This document shows positions 40,130-49,922 of a stretch of 64,000 nt of DNA, piece by piece. The notes under the pieces were generated by a model. It worked only from the letters and a program-made list of their open reading frames with translations. It did not search any database and was not told where the DNA came from. The stretch comes from a virus, in the IMG/VR virus record IMGVR_UViG_3300042317_000390, positions 96,001-160,000 of that record, one strand, 5' to 3'. The position numbers were made by a program, and so were the translations under genes. Each line of letters opens with the position of its first letter. Position 1 is the stretch's first letter.

Positions 40130-40158
40130 ATTATACCGTAAGTTGAAATTTTAGTAAA
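40130..40158 (-). promoter_or_regulatory. sigma70-type promoter pointing antisense into uvsW
   Basis: Minus strand TTTACT(40158-40153)-N17-TATAAT(40135-40130); the -35 abuts the gp55 RBS. Confidence 0.6.
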
Positions 40159-40168
40159 GGAAAATATT

Positions 40169-40735
40169 ATGGATACGGAAGAAAAAAAGAAGCCAAAGAG
40201 AAAGACAAATTATATCAATAATAAAACTCTCTATGGAGCTATGATTCATTACAAGAATGATCTGAAACAGTCTATTGAGCTTGATGCTGACAAGCCTATT
40301 GTCCCAAAGTATATTGGTGAGTCTATTCTTTTGATTTGTAATAATCTTGCGAAGAAACCAAACTTCTCAGGGTATACATATAAGCAAGATATGATTAGTG
40401 ATGGTATCATGGATTGTATCTCAGCAGTTGATAACTTTGATCCAGACAAGACGAATAATCCATTCGCATATTTTACTCAGATTGCATGGAACGCTTTTCT
40501 CAGAAGAATTCAGAAAGAGAAGAAGCAGACCTATATAAAGCATAAGAACTATGAGAATAGTTTCTTACTCATGGATGTATTCGATGAGGCTAATAAGTCA
40601 GTGCATCTTAAGACTAACGAATATTCCGTTGAAATCGTGAAATCTTTCGAAGACAAGTTGACTAAAACCAAAAAAGCAGCTAAGCTAACTGGAATTGAAA
40701 AGTTTTCTATTAAGGAAGAAGAAAATGAAGAATGA
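40169..40735 (+). CDS. gp55: late-transcription sigma factor
   Basis: YINNK; YIGE.IL.I...LA.KPNFSGY.YK.DMI.DG; FDP.K..NPFAYFTQI..NAFLRRI.KEKKQ. Confidence 0.96.
   Translation: MDTEEKKKPKRKTNYINNKTLYGAMIHYKNDLKQSIELDADKPIVPKYIGESILLICNNLAKKPNFSGYTYKQDMISDGIMDCISAVDNFDPDKTNNPFAYFTQIAWNAFLRRIQKEKKQTYIKHKNYENSFLLMDVFDEANKSVHLKTNEYSVEIVKSFEDKLTKTKKAAKLTGIEKFSIKEEENEE
40658..40686 (+). promoter_or_regulatory. possible sigma70 promoter in the gp55 3' end
   Basis: TTGACT-N17-TAAGCT upstream of the gp47 operon. Confidence 0.35.
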
Positions 40736-40913
40736 TCATTTAATCCCTGTTAATGTAAAGGATATTATCAGCAGATTGGGCGATAATGGATTAACGCCTA
40801 ACGAGAGACTGGTTCTTATCCAGAGACTTGAGGCCATTCAGCAGTATTGCTCTGATGCACTCAAGAAGTATAACTATGTTGATCTTGGACAGGTTTATAC
40901 GGGTAGAAAATGA
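40725..40913 (+). CDS. hypothetical protein
   Basis: ATG 40725 in frame with the listed TTG ORF; ATGA overlap with gp47. Confidence 0.6.
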   Translation: MKNDHLIPVNVKDIISRLGDNGLTPNERLVLIQRLEAIQQYCSDALKKYNYVDLGQVYTGRK

Positions 40914-41965
40914 AGATAGCTTTAATTACCGATACTCACGCTGGTGTTCGTAACGATAGTTTAGCTTTCCATGACTACAGTAAGAAGTTTTATGATAACG
41001 TGTTTTTCTCCTATCTGGATAAACACGAAATCAAAACTGTTGTTCACTGTGGTGATATTGTAGATCGTCGTAAGTATATCAACATTAACTCAGCGTATCG
41101 GTTGAGAAAAGACCTCATTGAGCCTATCGTAGATCGGGGTATTGATTACCATCAGATCATAGGCAACCATGATACTTACCATAAAAATACTAATGAAGTT
41201 AGTTCTTTTATTGAACTTTTCAATCGTTATCCTATAAATATATATGATAAGGCTACTGAAGTAGTTTTTGATGATCTTAAAATATTGTTCCTACCTTGGA
41301 TTTGCGATGATAATAAGGATCATGCGTATGATCTAATGAGGAATACGGATGCACAAATTTGTTTCGGACATCTTGAAATTCAAGGATTCGAAATGTATAA
41401 AGGATCTATTATCTCTTATGGTATGGATCCAAAACTTTTTACTAGATTTGATCTCGTTGCTAGTGGTCATTATCATCATAGGTCAAGCAGCGGCAATATT
41501 CATTATCTGGGGAGTCACGCAGAGTTTACTTGGTCTGATTATAATGATCCACGAGGCTTTCATGTTTTTGACACGGAAACGAGACATCTAGAGTTTATAC
41601 AGAATCCTTATAGTATGTTTAAGAAGATTACATATAACGATCAATACCACAAGTTGATCGATCAAATGAACTTAAGCCCATATAAGGAATGCATTGTTAA
41701 GGTTATTATTCAGCAGAACAATAACCAGTATTGGTTTGAGAAGTTCATAGAACGTCTAGAAAAAGAAAATCCCATAGAGATTCAGATAGTAGAAGATCAC
41801 CTCAATTTAGGTCTTGAGGACGATCACGATATTATTGATGAAGCGGAATCTACTATTGACATCTTTAAAAAATACATTAGGAATTTAGATATAAAAGACG
41901 TAGAACGTAATAGACTAGAAGACAAAATAGCAGAACTATATCATGAAGCCTTAACTTTGGAGTAA
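40910..41965 (+). CDS. gp47: recombination endonuclease subunit (Mre11/SbcD-like)
   Basis: ITDTH.G.R; GD..DRRK; GNHD; GHLE..GF; SGHYH; W.D..D.RGFH.FDT. Confidence 0.95.
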   Translation: MKIALITDTHAGVRNDSLAFHDYSKKFYDNVFFSYLDKHEIKTVVHCGDIVDRRKYININSAYRLRKDLIEPIVDRGIDYHQIIGNHDTYHKNTNEVSSFIELFNRYPINIYDKATEVVFDDLKILFLPWICDDNKDHAYDLMRNTDAQICFGHLEIQGFEMYKGSIISYGMDPKLFTRFDLVASGHYHHRSSSGNIHYLGSHAEFTWSDYNDPRGFHVFDTETRHLEFIQNPYSMFKKITYNDQYHKLIDQMNLSPYKECIVKVIIQQNNNQYWFEKFIERLEKENPIEIQIVEDHLNLGLEDDHDIIDEAESTIDIFKKYIRNLDIKDVERNRLEDKIAELYHEALTLE

Positions 41966-41968
41966 ATT

Positions 41969-42262
41969 ATGAACAGACGTGATTTATTTGGGTTCTTACC
42001 ATTAGCACCAGTTTTGGTAGCTGCCGCCGTTATTTCCGAATCACAAGCAGAAGAGAAGCCAGCAGATAACAATGCTAACACATTACGTCTTATGGGTATG
42101 AAGAAGAACAAAGAACCTTATTATAATGATAAGGCGATTATGTATCTTGGTAATAATTATGTCCCAGATGATACAACTCACGTAACTATGGCAGTTGGTC
42201 GTGATGGTAATCTTTGGCTTAAATCTGCTGATGGTGATTGGAAGAGAGTGGTTACGGAATAA
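41969..42262 (+). CDS. hypothetical protein with Tat-like signal peptide
   Basis: MNRRDLFGFL + hydrophobic stretch + SQA. Confidence 0.6.
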   Translation: MNRRDLFGFLPLAPVLVAAAVISESQAEEKPADNNANTLRLMGMKKNKEPYYNDKAIMYLGNNYVPDDTTHVTMAVGRDGNLWLKSADGDWKRVVTE

Positions 42263-42495
42263 TGTCTAGAATTAAAATCACATATTTACGCAGTTGGCGT
42301 GAATGCGATTGTTGTGGTTCATATGAAGACGTTGATGTTGTGGTCACTAAGGATTATAATATAATTTACGAGGGTTGGAAGGGAGGACATTTTGGTGACG
42401 GTATTGACGTTGAAGAACCAAAGGTCATTCTCCCAAAAATCCTAGAAGCTCTTGGTCATGAAGTGATAATGGAAGATTACTATGAAGAACAATAA
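42262..42495 (+). CDS. hypothetical protein (CDCC motif)
   Basis: Likely ATG 42262 (TAATG overlap), in frame with the listed ORF. Confidence 0.55.
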   Translation: MSRIKITYLRSWRECDCCGSYEDVDVVVTKDYNIIYEGWKGGHFGDGIDVEEPKVILPKILEALGHEVIMEDYYEEQ

Positions 42496-42913
42496 TATCG
42501 TTAACAACGTTGTTGAACGGCTAAAGCAACAACCTATTGGCGACCTAATTACAGAAGAAGATCTGTATGATATTGTCAATCAGGCTATTCCAAAGGTATT
42601 CTTTGAGAAGCGGCAAGAAACAGAAGGCTCTGGTTATCATACCAGAACAGTTGAGAAAGAGCCTTTGATCTTTGAGATCATGCGTCAGGTTCTTAAATCT
42701 CACGTTGAACAATTGGTGAAGGATTGGGCTGTTGAAAATGCAGACAAGATTCTTGAACACTGGAAAATGGTGACTGACCAAAACATTGTCAATTACGTTG
42801 AAAAGATCCAGAATGAAAAGGTCAATAGCCAAGTTAGGGATATGTTATCCAAATTCTTGGACCAAATGAATCTGGAACGTGCTAAAATGGGACTACCGCA
42901 TATATACCTATGA
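42482..42913 (+). CDS. hypothetical protein
   Basis: 143 aa, overlaps both neighbours in operon fashion. Confidence 0.65.
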   Translation: MKNNNIVNNVVERLKQQPIGDLITEEDLYDIVNQAIPKVFFEKRQETEGSGYHTRTVEKEPLIFEIMRQVLKSHVEQLVKDWAVENADKILEHWKMVTDQNIVNYVEKIQNEKVNSQVRDMLSKFLDQMNLERAKMGLPHIYL

Positions 42914-44616
42914 TTTACTTTAAAAAACTCCGATGGAAAAACCTCCTATCGACCGGCAACGTATTCACAGAGATAGACCTAGCGAACAATCCAACTACGC
43001 TTATAGTTGGAATAAATGGGGCTGGGAAATCCACGATTCTGGATGCTCTGAGTTTTGGTCTTTTTGGAAAACCCTTTCGAAAGATCAACAAGCCACAGCT
43101 TCTAAACACAATTACTCAAAAGAACCTAGTAGTAGAGATTGAATTCTCTATTGGAACTATTGAGTATAAAATCATTAGAGGCATCAAACCTAATGTATTC
43201 GAGGTACATCAAAACGGTAAACTATTAAATCAATCTGCTGAGTCTAAGGACTATCAAGAGATTCTTGAGAAGCAGATTATTAAGGTTAACCACAAGTCGT
43301 TCTCACAAGTGGTCGTTCTTGGATCGGCTACTTTCCAACCTTTTATGCAATTATCCGCTCAGCAGAAAAGAGAAATCATAGAGGATCTGCTAGACCTACA
43401 GATCTTTACGACTATGAATTCTTTATTAAAAGATAAGAACAGCGAGAACGACTCAAAGATTACAAAGAACAATACCGAAAGAAAAGTTATTGAGTCTAAG
43501 ATTGAACTCACCGAACAGCATATGTTTGAGATGCAGAATAACACCGGTGAGATCATTGCTGAAAAGAAGAAGCAGATTTCTAAGCTAGAAGATGAAGGTC
43601 TTGCTATATATAATGAGTTAAAGGATTATGAGGACAAGATCGCTAAGATGGAAGGTGATCTTGAAGACATTCAATCTATTAACGAAAGAATAAACAAACT
43701 TTCTAAACTCAAGCATAGAATTGAAGCTAGAGTTAATGTTATTAATGAGGAAGTTAAATTCTTCACAGAGAATACAACTTGCCCTACTTGTAAACAGGAT
43801 ATAGCTGAAGAATTCAGAGATAAGACTGTTAACATTAAGAAGCAGGAAATCTCTGATAACGAAGCTGGACTAGAGACTCTAGCTGAGCAATATGATAAAG
43901 AGAAACAGCAGCTATCTGTTAGCATGAATAAAGCGGCTGATGTTCATTCGTTGAAGCTAGAACGTATTAGGTGTATGGAGAGCGTTAAGGCTATCAAGAA
44001 TAATATCATTCAGTTAAATAAAGACGTTGAAAAGCTCAAAGAAGTTAAGTCCATAGAAAAGGACGAACGGCTTAATGGGTTTAAACAGGATCTTGAAAAG
44101 ATCGCAGAGGACTATAATCTTCTAATTGAAGAGAAGAATGTATTAAGTTCTGCTGCTGTGTTGTTGAAGGATAACGGTATCAAGGCTAAGATTATTAAGC
44201 AGTATATTCCAATCATAAATAAACTGATTAATAAATATCTATCAGCTATGGACTTCTTTGTATCCTTTGAGTTAGATGAGAATTTTAAAGAGTCAATCAA
44301 GTCTAGACACAGAGACGATTTCTCTTATGATTCTTTCTCAGAGGGCGAGAAACAAAAGATAGATTTAGCATTATTGTTCACGTGGAGAGCCATCGCAAAG
44401 ATGCGCAATTCTATTAACACCAATCTACTAATTATGGATGAGGTATTTGACTCTTCTCTTGATTTAAATTCAACAGAATATCTGATTAATATCATCAGAG
44501 ATATAGCCAAGGATAATAATATCGTTATCATATCTCACAAAGAACACATGAATGAGAAATTCACCAACGTAATTAAATTTGTTAAAATCAAAAACTTTTC
44601 ACAGATTCAGAGGTAA
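42910..44616 (+). CDS. gp46: recombination ATPase subunit (Rad50/SbcC-like)
   Basis: G.NGAGKST; CPTC zinc hook; FSEGEK..IDLALLF; LLIMDEVFDSSLD; ISH. Confidence 0.96.
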   Translation: MIYFKKLRWKNLLSTGNVFTEIDLANNPTTLIVGINGAGKSTILDALSFGLFGKPFRKINKPQLLNTITQKNLVVEIEFSIGTIEYKIIRGIKPNVFEVHQNGKLLNQSAESKDYQEILEKQIIKVNHKSFSQVVVLGSATFQPFMQLSAQQKREIIEDLLDLQIFTTMNSLLKDKNSENDSKITKNNTERKVIESKIELTEQHMFEMQNNTGEIIAEKKKQISKLEDEGLAIYNELKDYEDKIAKMEGDLEDIQSINERINKLSKLKHRIEARVNVINEEVKFFTENTTCPTCKQDIAEEFRDKTVNIKKQEISDNEAGLETLAEQYDKEKQQLSVSMNKAADVHSLKLERIRCMESVKAIKNNIIQLNKDVEKLKEVKSIEKDERLNGFKQDLEKIAEDYNLLIEEKNVLSSAAVLLKDNGIKAKIIKQYIPIINKLINKYLSAMDFFVSFELDENFKESIKSRHRDDFSYDSFSEGEKQKIDLALLFTWRAIAKMRNSINTNLLIMDEVFDSSLDLNSTEYLINIIRDIAKDNNIVIISHKEHMNEKFTNVIKFVKIKNFSQIQR

Positions 44617-44619
44617 GAT

Positions 44620-45330
44620 ATGGCTAAGACCAGTAAGTTAGTTAAAGAATTACAACAGCTATTAAAGAACAAAGGCTACGATCCTGGTCCAATTGATGGT
44701 GATCTTGGACCTAAGACGATTGATGCTATTAAGAAAATAGTATCTAATGTTTCCAAGCCAGTAGTTAGTAAGGCGGCTGAAGTTAAACCAGCTGTCGTGG
44801 AAAAGGCAAAAGAAGTAACACAGAAGGTTGTAGAGGTAATTAAACCAACTCCAGTTCCAGAGTTTGATGCTAATACCCTAAAGGGCAGAGAGCGTCCAGT
44901 ATTTGCTAAAAAAGTCTTCATGGATCTTGGTTGGAAAGATTACCAAGCAGCTTCTATGGTTGGTCAGTTCATGCAAGAATCATATGCTGATCTTCGCACT
45001 AATATTTGGGGCGATAACCATACAGCTTATGGTATTGGTCAGTGGCGTGATTATAACAACCAGCCAGGTAGACTAACTGATCTATTCAAGTTTGCTCAGG
45101 AACGTGGTAAGCCAATCCACGATCTAGAAACACAGATTCGTTTTGCTGATTGGGAACTAACTAAAGGTTCTGAGAAGAGTCTTGGTAAGAGACTAAAGGA
45201 ATCTAAAAATATTGATGAGGCGCTAGAAATAGCTATTGGTTATGAGCGCCCAAGAGGTTATACTAAGGATAATCCACGTGCTGGCCACGGCTGGGCTAAC
45301 AGAGAGAAATTTGCTAAGAGCTTACTATGA
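44620..45330 (+). CDS. endolysin-like: peptidoglycan-binding domain + phage tail lysozyme-type catalytic domain
   Basis: VKELQQLL..KGYDPGPIDG.LGPKT..A PG-binding motif; AASMVG.FMQES...AYGIGQW...R...L lysozyme motif; YERP. Confidence 0.8.
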   Translation: MAKTSKLVKELQQLLKNKGYDPGPIDGDLGPKTIDAIKKIVSNVSKPVVSKAAEVKPAVVEKAKEVTQKVVEVIKPTPVPEFDANTLKGRERPVFAKKVFMDLGWKDYQAASMVGQFMQESYADLRTNIWGDNHTAYGIGQWRDYNNQPGRLTDLFKFAQERGKPIHDLETQIRFADWELTKGSEKSLGKRLKESKNIDEALEIAIGYERPRGYTKDNPRAGHGWANREKFAKSLL

Positions 45331-45794
45331 AAATTGATGATCGATATTTGTTAGAGAAATGTGAAGATTTTGATTTCAAAGATCCACCTTTCGATCCGAT
45401 TGAGTTCGCACAGAACTTAGTTAAGTTTATGTATGATGAAAATGGACTAGGGGTAGCAGCAAATCAGGTTGGTGTTCCATATCGTATTTTCGCCATGAGA
45501 GGTTCACCAGAGAACTTTGTTTGTTTTAATCCCAAGATTGTTCAATATGGAGAAATGGAAGTTGTCCTAGAAGAAGGTTGTCTTTCATATCCAGGTCTTG
45601 TTGTTAAAGTAAAAAGACCACAGCATATCCGTGTTCGTTTTAATACCCCTAATGGTGAAGTCCTAACTAAACAGTTTACAGGTATGACCGCTAGAGTATT
45701 TCAACATGAGTATGATCATCTAGATGGTATTCGTTTTTACGATAAAGCTAATAAATTTCATAGAGATAAAGCAATGAAGGAATGGAAGAAATGA
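45327..45794 (+). CDS. def: peptide deformylase
   Basis: GLGVAANQVG, EGCLS and QHEYDHLDG motifs. Confidence 0.95.
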   Translation: MKIDDRYLLEKCEDFDFKDPPFDPIEFAQNLVKFMYDENGLGVAANQVGVPYRIFAMRGSPENFVCFNPKIVQYGEMEVVLEEGCLSYPGLVVKVKRPQHIRVRFNTPNGEVLTKQFTGMTARVFQHEYDHLDGIRFYDKANKFHRDKAMKEWKK

Positions 45795-45916
45795 ATTATT
45801 TCCCATTTAAGGAATTACAACAAAGAGTCGATGACGCAAACGAACTTGTCCTCTTTACTATCGTAGTATTTTTAGTATATATTTGGGTAAAGTTATTCTT
45901 ATATTGGGACAAATAA
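45791..45916 (+). CDS. small single-TM protein, 41 aa (absent from ORF track)
   Basis: MNYFPFKELQQRVDDANELVLFTIVVFLVYIWVKLFLYWDK*; ATGA overlap with def and abuts the next ATG. Confidence 0.6.
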   Translation: MNYFPFKELQQRVDDANELVLFTIVVFLVYIWVKLFLYWDK

Positions 45917-46480
45917 ATGAATATCTTCTATCTAAGCGAAGACCCTGTTCAAGCTGCTCAGTGGATGGTAGATCGTCACGTAGTTAAGATGATCTTAGAA
46001 TCTGCTCAGCTTCTATCTACAGCACATCGTTTGATGGATGGAAACGAAATCCTACTAGAAGTTGATATACTTCAGGAGGATGGTACACTTAAAACTAAGA
46101 AAAAGAAATGGTGGTTACTCGATGACTCTCGTGAAGAACTTATATACTCAGCTACGCACATTAATCATCCGTCTGCTATATGGACTCGCACAAGCGTCGA
46201 GAATTATAATTGGCTAGTCGATCATCTATTCGCCTTAATGGACGAATACACTTACCGTTACGAAAAGAAGCATAAGTGTTCTGGTGATCTTAGCTATATG
46301 CTACAATCACCTCCCAAGAATCTTAAAGATTGGGATATGACACCTATGCCTTCTTGTATGGCAGAAGAATATATTATTTCCGATAATCCAGTTGACAATT
46401 ATCGAAACTATTATATAAAGGGTAAGGCACATCTACATAAATGGAAAAAACGTGAGGTTCCCCCTTGGTTTCAGAGTTAA
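45917..46480 (+). CDS. pyrimidine-dimer DNA glycosylase-like (DenV/Pyr_excise family) protein
   Basis: MNIFYL..DP..AA....D.HVVKMILESAQLLSTAH; H.NHPS..W; YR.YY...K. Confidence 0.75.
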   Translation: MNIFYLSEDPVQAAQWMVDRHVVKMILESAQLLSTAHRLMDGNEILLEVDILQEDGTLKTKKKKWWLLDDSREELIYSATHINHPSAIWTRTSVENYNWLVDHLFALMDEYTYRYEKKHKCSGDLSYMLQSPPKNLKDWDMTPMPSCMAEEYIISDNPVDNYRNYYIKGKAHLHKWKKREVPPWFQS

Positions 46481-47046
46481 AAGAAACTATAGTTTATGAT
46501 GATATTATCCCCGTAGAGTTACAAGACGAATTTGAAAATACTCTGATGAATTATCCTAATTGGAGATTCATCAGAGATATGTCATATTCTAACAACGAAG
46601 CTTTTCCTTCGTATGGTTTTAATATGATGTTCAAACACCCTAGCTTTGGGGTTACGTCTCCACTGTATGAGAAAATATCAGTTCCGATAGCTAATGCTAT
46701 TCTGGAAAAGAAACTTATTGAATTTGAAGATATTCATTTCAATAGATCTTTTCTACAACTCCCGTTAGCTGATAAGTTTATCAAACCACATAATGGTATA
46801 CATTTAGATCTTCCACAAGATCATTATGCTTGCGTATATTATGTGAATGATTCTGACGGAGACACTATACTTTACGAGCAAACTAGGTATAATACGTTGC
46901 CTAGTTCTCAGAATGTTCCCACAGTAGAACATAAAAGAGTTACCCCTAAAAAGGGTAGAGTGGTTATATTTGATGGTGCTAGATACCATTGCTCTAGCCA
47001 ACCAAGAGATAGACACCGCTGTATTATCAATTTCGACTTTGTGTGA
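46465..47046 (+). CDS. 2OG-Fe(II) oxygenase
   Basis: HLD; YYVNDSDGDT; PKKGR.VIFDG..YH.SS.P; R.IINF. Confidence 0.85.
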   Translation: MVSELKETIVYDDIIPVELQDEFENTLMNYPNWRFIRDMSYSNNEAFPSYGFNMMFKHPSFGVTSPLYEKISVPIANAILEKKLIEFEDIHFNRSFLQLPLADKFIKPHNGIHLDLPQDHYACVYYVNDSDGDTILYEQTRYNTLPSSQNVPTVEHKRVTPKKGRVVIFDGARYHCSSQPRDRHRCIINFDFV

Positions 47047-47056
47047 GGTATATATA

Positions 47057-47431
47057 ATGGTAGATATGTTTAATTCCGTAAAAGAATTTCAGACCGCAGT
47101 TGGTCAGCACGTAGGCACTAAGCCAGAGTTTCCTGATGATAAAGAACGTATTCTACGTATGAGATTATTGGAAGAAGAGTTTGATGAATACTTACAAGGC
47201 GAACAAAATCACGATCTTGAAAATATTGCAAAAGAGTTGGCAGATATTATATACATCGTTTGTGGGACTGCTGCTTCTTATGGCATTCCGTTAAACGAAG
47301 TATTCGCTGAAGTCCATCGTTCTAATATGGATAAGTTAGTTGATGGTAAGCCAGTTCGCCGTGAAGATGGTAAGATTTTAAAACCAGAAGGTTGGACTGC
47401 TCCAGATATCAAAAGCATCTTAGGGATTTAA
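47057..47431 (+). CDS. MazG-like/PRA-PH nucleotide pyrophosphohydrolase
   Basis: ATG 47057 after GAGG; LR..L.EEE..E; KELAD..Y...G; EVH.SNM.K; REDGKILKP. Confidence 0.88.
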   Translation: MVDMFNSVKEFQTAVGQHVGTKPEFPDDKERILRMRLLEEEFDEYLQGEQNHDLENIAKELADIIYIVCGTAASYGIPLNEVFAEVHRSNMDKLVDGKPVRREDGKILKPEGWTAPDIKSILGI

Positions 47432-47433
47432 TA

Positions 47434-48798
47434 ATGGTCAATGTGATTGTTGCTAGAGACAGATTAGATTGTTCTAAACTAGAAGGTCAATTTGTAGACG
47501 AAAGTCATTTTGACGTTTTAGTAGAAGAAGATACTGACTGTTATATGCCACCGCTTTGTGATATGCTCACTAAAGCTAACTGTGGTATGAAAGATTGCGA
47601 ATCTTGCGAAGCAGGATCTGATGAGAAAAGAATCGCTTTCAAGTTTCGTAAGAACTACTTCACCAAGGAAGAGTGCGACGAAGCCTATATCGGTCTTCAT
47701 GGTGCAGCAACTCAGAGCTTTAATAGAGGTCTAGCTGCTGGTCCTCGTGGATTAGAAGGCGATGATTCTAGAGAATGGGTAACTCCTTACCAGACAGCGG
47801 TATTGAGTTATTTCATCGAAGGTGGATCTAGTCTTAACTCATTCATTGGCGAAGGTGAAGTAAACGTCAAGTCTATCAGAGAGCGTTATGCTACTCTTAA
47901 GCATAATGAAGAGACTAGAGGTAGCGTTTGGCTTCCAAGTGAGATTTCTAAACATTATCCAGATACCGAAAATTGGTTCGATAGATGGGCTGATGGTTTA
48001 GATAACTATTCTCTGGAAGAAAAGAGAACGGAAGCACTACGTGTTTCTAAGGAATGGATCTCAACTACTAATTATGCTAAGCCAGTATTCTCTGGTGTTG
48101 CCGGTTGGTATGATCGTTATCCTCGTATTCCTTATGGAAGACCTACTGCTTATACCGAGCATCACCCAGAACTATTCGAAAGGGCATATCCTTTCCTACA
48201 GTCTTTGAATAAAGGTTTCAAGGAACTATTACCTTGGCGTTGGTCTAATCAGAGATCAGTAGCTGATAAGATTGATTCAAAGTTCTTAGTTCCAGATACT
48301 GTATTCACTACGATTACAGTTAACAAGACCTTTAGAACAGCCGCTCATTACGATGCTGGTGATTACCAAGACGGTCTTAGTAATCTTCTTGTTCTAGGAA
48401 GTGGAGAGTATACTGGTGGTTATCTAGTATTTCCAGAGTATCGGATAGCAGTTAATGTTCGTCCCGGTGATCTACTTCTGGTTAATAATCACGAGGTTCT
48501 TCACGGCAATACACCTATTGTTCTTGACCATCCAAAGGCAGAACGTATTTCGGTTGTGTGTTACTTCCGAGAGAACATGCTAAAGCTTAAGTCCTATAAG
48601 TATGAAAATCTACGTAGGCAGTTTGTCGAGGAACGCAAGAATAATCAGAATCATCCTAGTTGGCATCGTTTATGGAATGGTATCTCTCCAGATATGTGGA
48701 AGTCAACTGAGTGGAGAGATTTCTTAGATAAGCATAATGCTGTTGATGAAGACGGCGTAGTTAACGTAGGCTTCAAAGGGTTTGAAAGCTTCGCTTAA
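47434..48798 (+). CDS. TET/JBP-family 5-methylpyrimidine dioxygenase
   Basis: FTTITVN..FRTAAHYDAGD (HxD), GGYLVFPEY..AV..RPGDLL, LHGNTP (distal His), ERISVVCY.RE (2OG-binding Arg); ATG 47434 preferred to upstream TTG. Confidence 0.85.
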   Translation: MVNVIVARDRLDCSKLEGQFVDESHFDVLVEEDTDCYMPPLCDMLTKANCGMKDCESCEAGSDEKRIAFKFRKNYFTKEECDEAYIGLHGAATQSFNRGLAAGPRGLEGDDSREWVTPYQTAVLSYFIEGGSSLNSFIGEGEVNVKSIRERYATLKHNEETRGSVWLPSEISKHYPDTENWFDRWADGLDNYSLEEKRTEALRVSKEWISTTNYAKPVFSGVAGWYDRYPRIPYGRPTAYTEHHPELFERAYPFLQSLNKGFKELLPWRWSNQRSVADKIDSKFLVPDTVFTTITVNKTFRTAAHYDAGDYQDGLSNLLVLGSGEYTGGYLVFPEYRIAVNVRPGDLLLVNNHEVLHGNTPIVLDHPKAERISVVCYFRENMLKLKSYKYENLRRQFVEERKNNQNHPSWHRLWNGISPDMWKSTEWRDFLDKHNAVDEDGVVNVGFKGFESFA

Positions 48799-49922
48799 TG
48801 AATACAATATTCGATACGTTATCAATAGACAGGAATGAGATTAAATGGGAAGATTATCTTTTCGATCTCACTCCTGTTGAAGAAGTAAATGGTATATTCT
48901 TCAAACGTGAAGATAAGTTTGCTCCTTTAGGTTATGGTGGTATTAACGGTTCAAAGTTACGCCAGTGTATTTGGTTAACTGAACAATACGTTAAGACTGC
49001 TAAGAATCCTATTGGTGTTATATCTGGTACGAGCGTAAAGTCACCACAGCTACCTATGGGATCTGCAGTAGCAGAACACTTCGGTCTTAAGAGTATTCAC
49101 GTTATCGGTTCAACCAAAGCTGATATAGCTCATAAGCATGAGAATGTTAATACAGCTACTTGGTTTGGTGCCGAGTTCTACATCAATAAGCATATAGCTT
49201 ATAATCCAGTATTACAGAGAAGAGTTCAAGATATTCTTTCTAAGGATGAAAGAGTTAAGGATTACTTTTATCTGGAATATGGTATCACAGTAGATCACAA
49301 AGTAAACTCACCAGAAAGAGTAGAGAGATTTCACTATGTTGGATCTGAGCAAATTAAAAACATACCAGAACATATTACCACTTTGGTTATACCAGCTGGT
49401 TCTTGTAATAGCTGCACTTCTATTCTTTACGGTCTTGCTAGATTTCGCCCTAAGAATCTCAGAGACGTATATCTTATTGGGATTGGACCAAACAAGATAG
49501 ACTTCATTGAAGAGCGTTTGGATATTATTGAGAACGTATCTGGTGTTTATACTAAGCCGTTTACTAGAATCTATCATGATACTCCTAACAAACAGCAACA
49601 GTATGAGTCGGGTCTAACTTCTTTCTTTACAGATAATACATCAGATTATAATTTTAATCTGCATCATTATGATCTTCATACAACTAATTATGTTGACTAC
49701 CAAGAAGAAATGCCTTATAGTTACGGTGGAATCGAATTTCATCCTACCTATGAAGGCAAGATGATGACTTACGTTAATGAGCGTATGCCTAATATTCTTG
49801 GTGAGAATACGATGGTATGGATTGTTGGTAGTAAGCCACGTAAAGAAAAGATGTATGATATGCTAAGAGGTAGATTGGGAGAGTTCCCAACTCATATTAA
49901 GGAATTTACCTATGCAGAGTGA
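48798..49922 (+). CDS. PLP-dependent enzyme, fold type II (ACC-deaminase-like), probable DNA aminoacyl decarboxylase
   Basis: LTPVE....FKRED......GINGSKLRQ (PLP lysine); SPQ; PAGS..S; HPTYEGK; WIVG. Confidence 0.8.
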   Translation: MNTIFDTLSIDRNEIKWEDYLFDLTPVEEVNGIFFKREDKFAPLGYGGINGSKLRQCIWLTEQYVKTAKNPIGVISGTSVKSPQLPMGSAVAEHFGLKSIHVIGSTKADIAHKHENVNTATWFGAEFYINKHIAYNPVLQRRVQDILSKDERVKDYFYLEYGITVDHKVNSPERVERFHYVGSEQIKNIPEHITTLVIPAGSCNSCTSILYGLARFRPKNLRDVYLIGIGPNKIDFIEERLDIIENVSGVYTKPFTRIYHDTPNKQQQYESGLTSFFTDNTSDYNFNLHHYDLHTTNYVDYQEEMPYSYGGIEFHPTYEGKMMTYVNERMPNILGENTMVWIVGSKPRKEKMYDMLRGRLGEFPTHIKEFTYAE

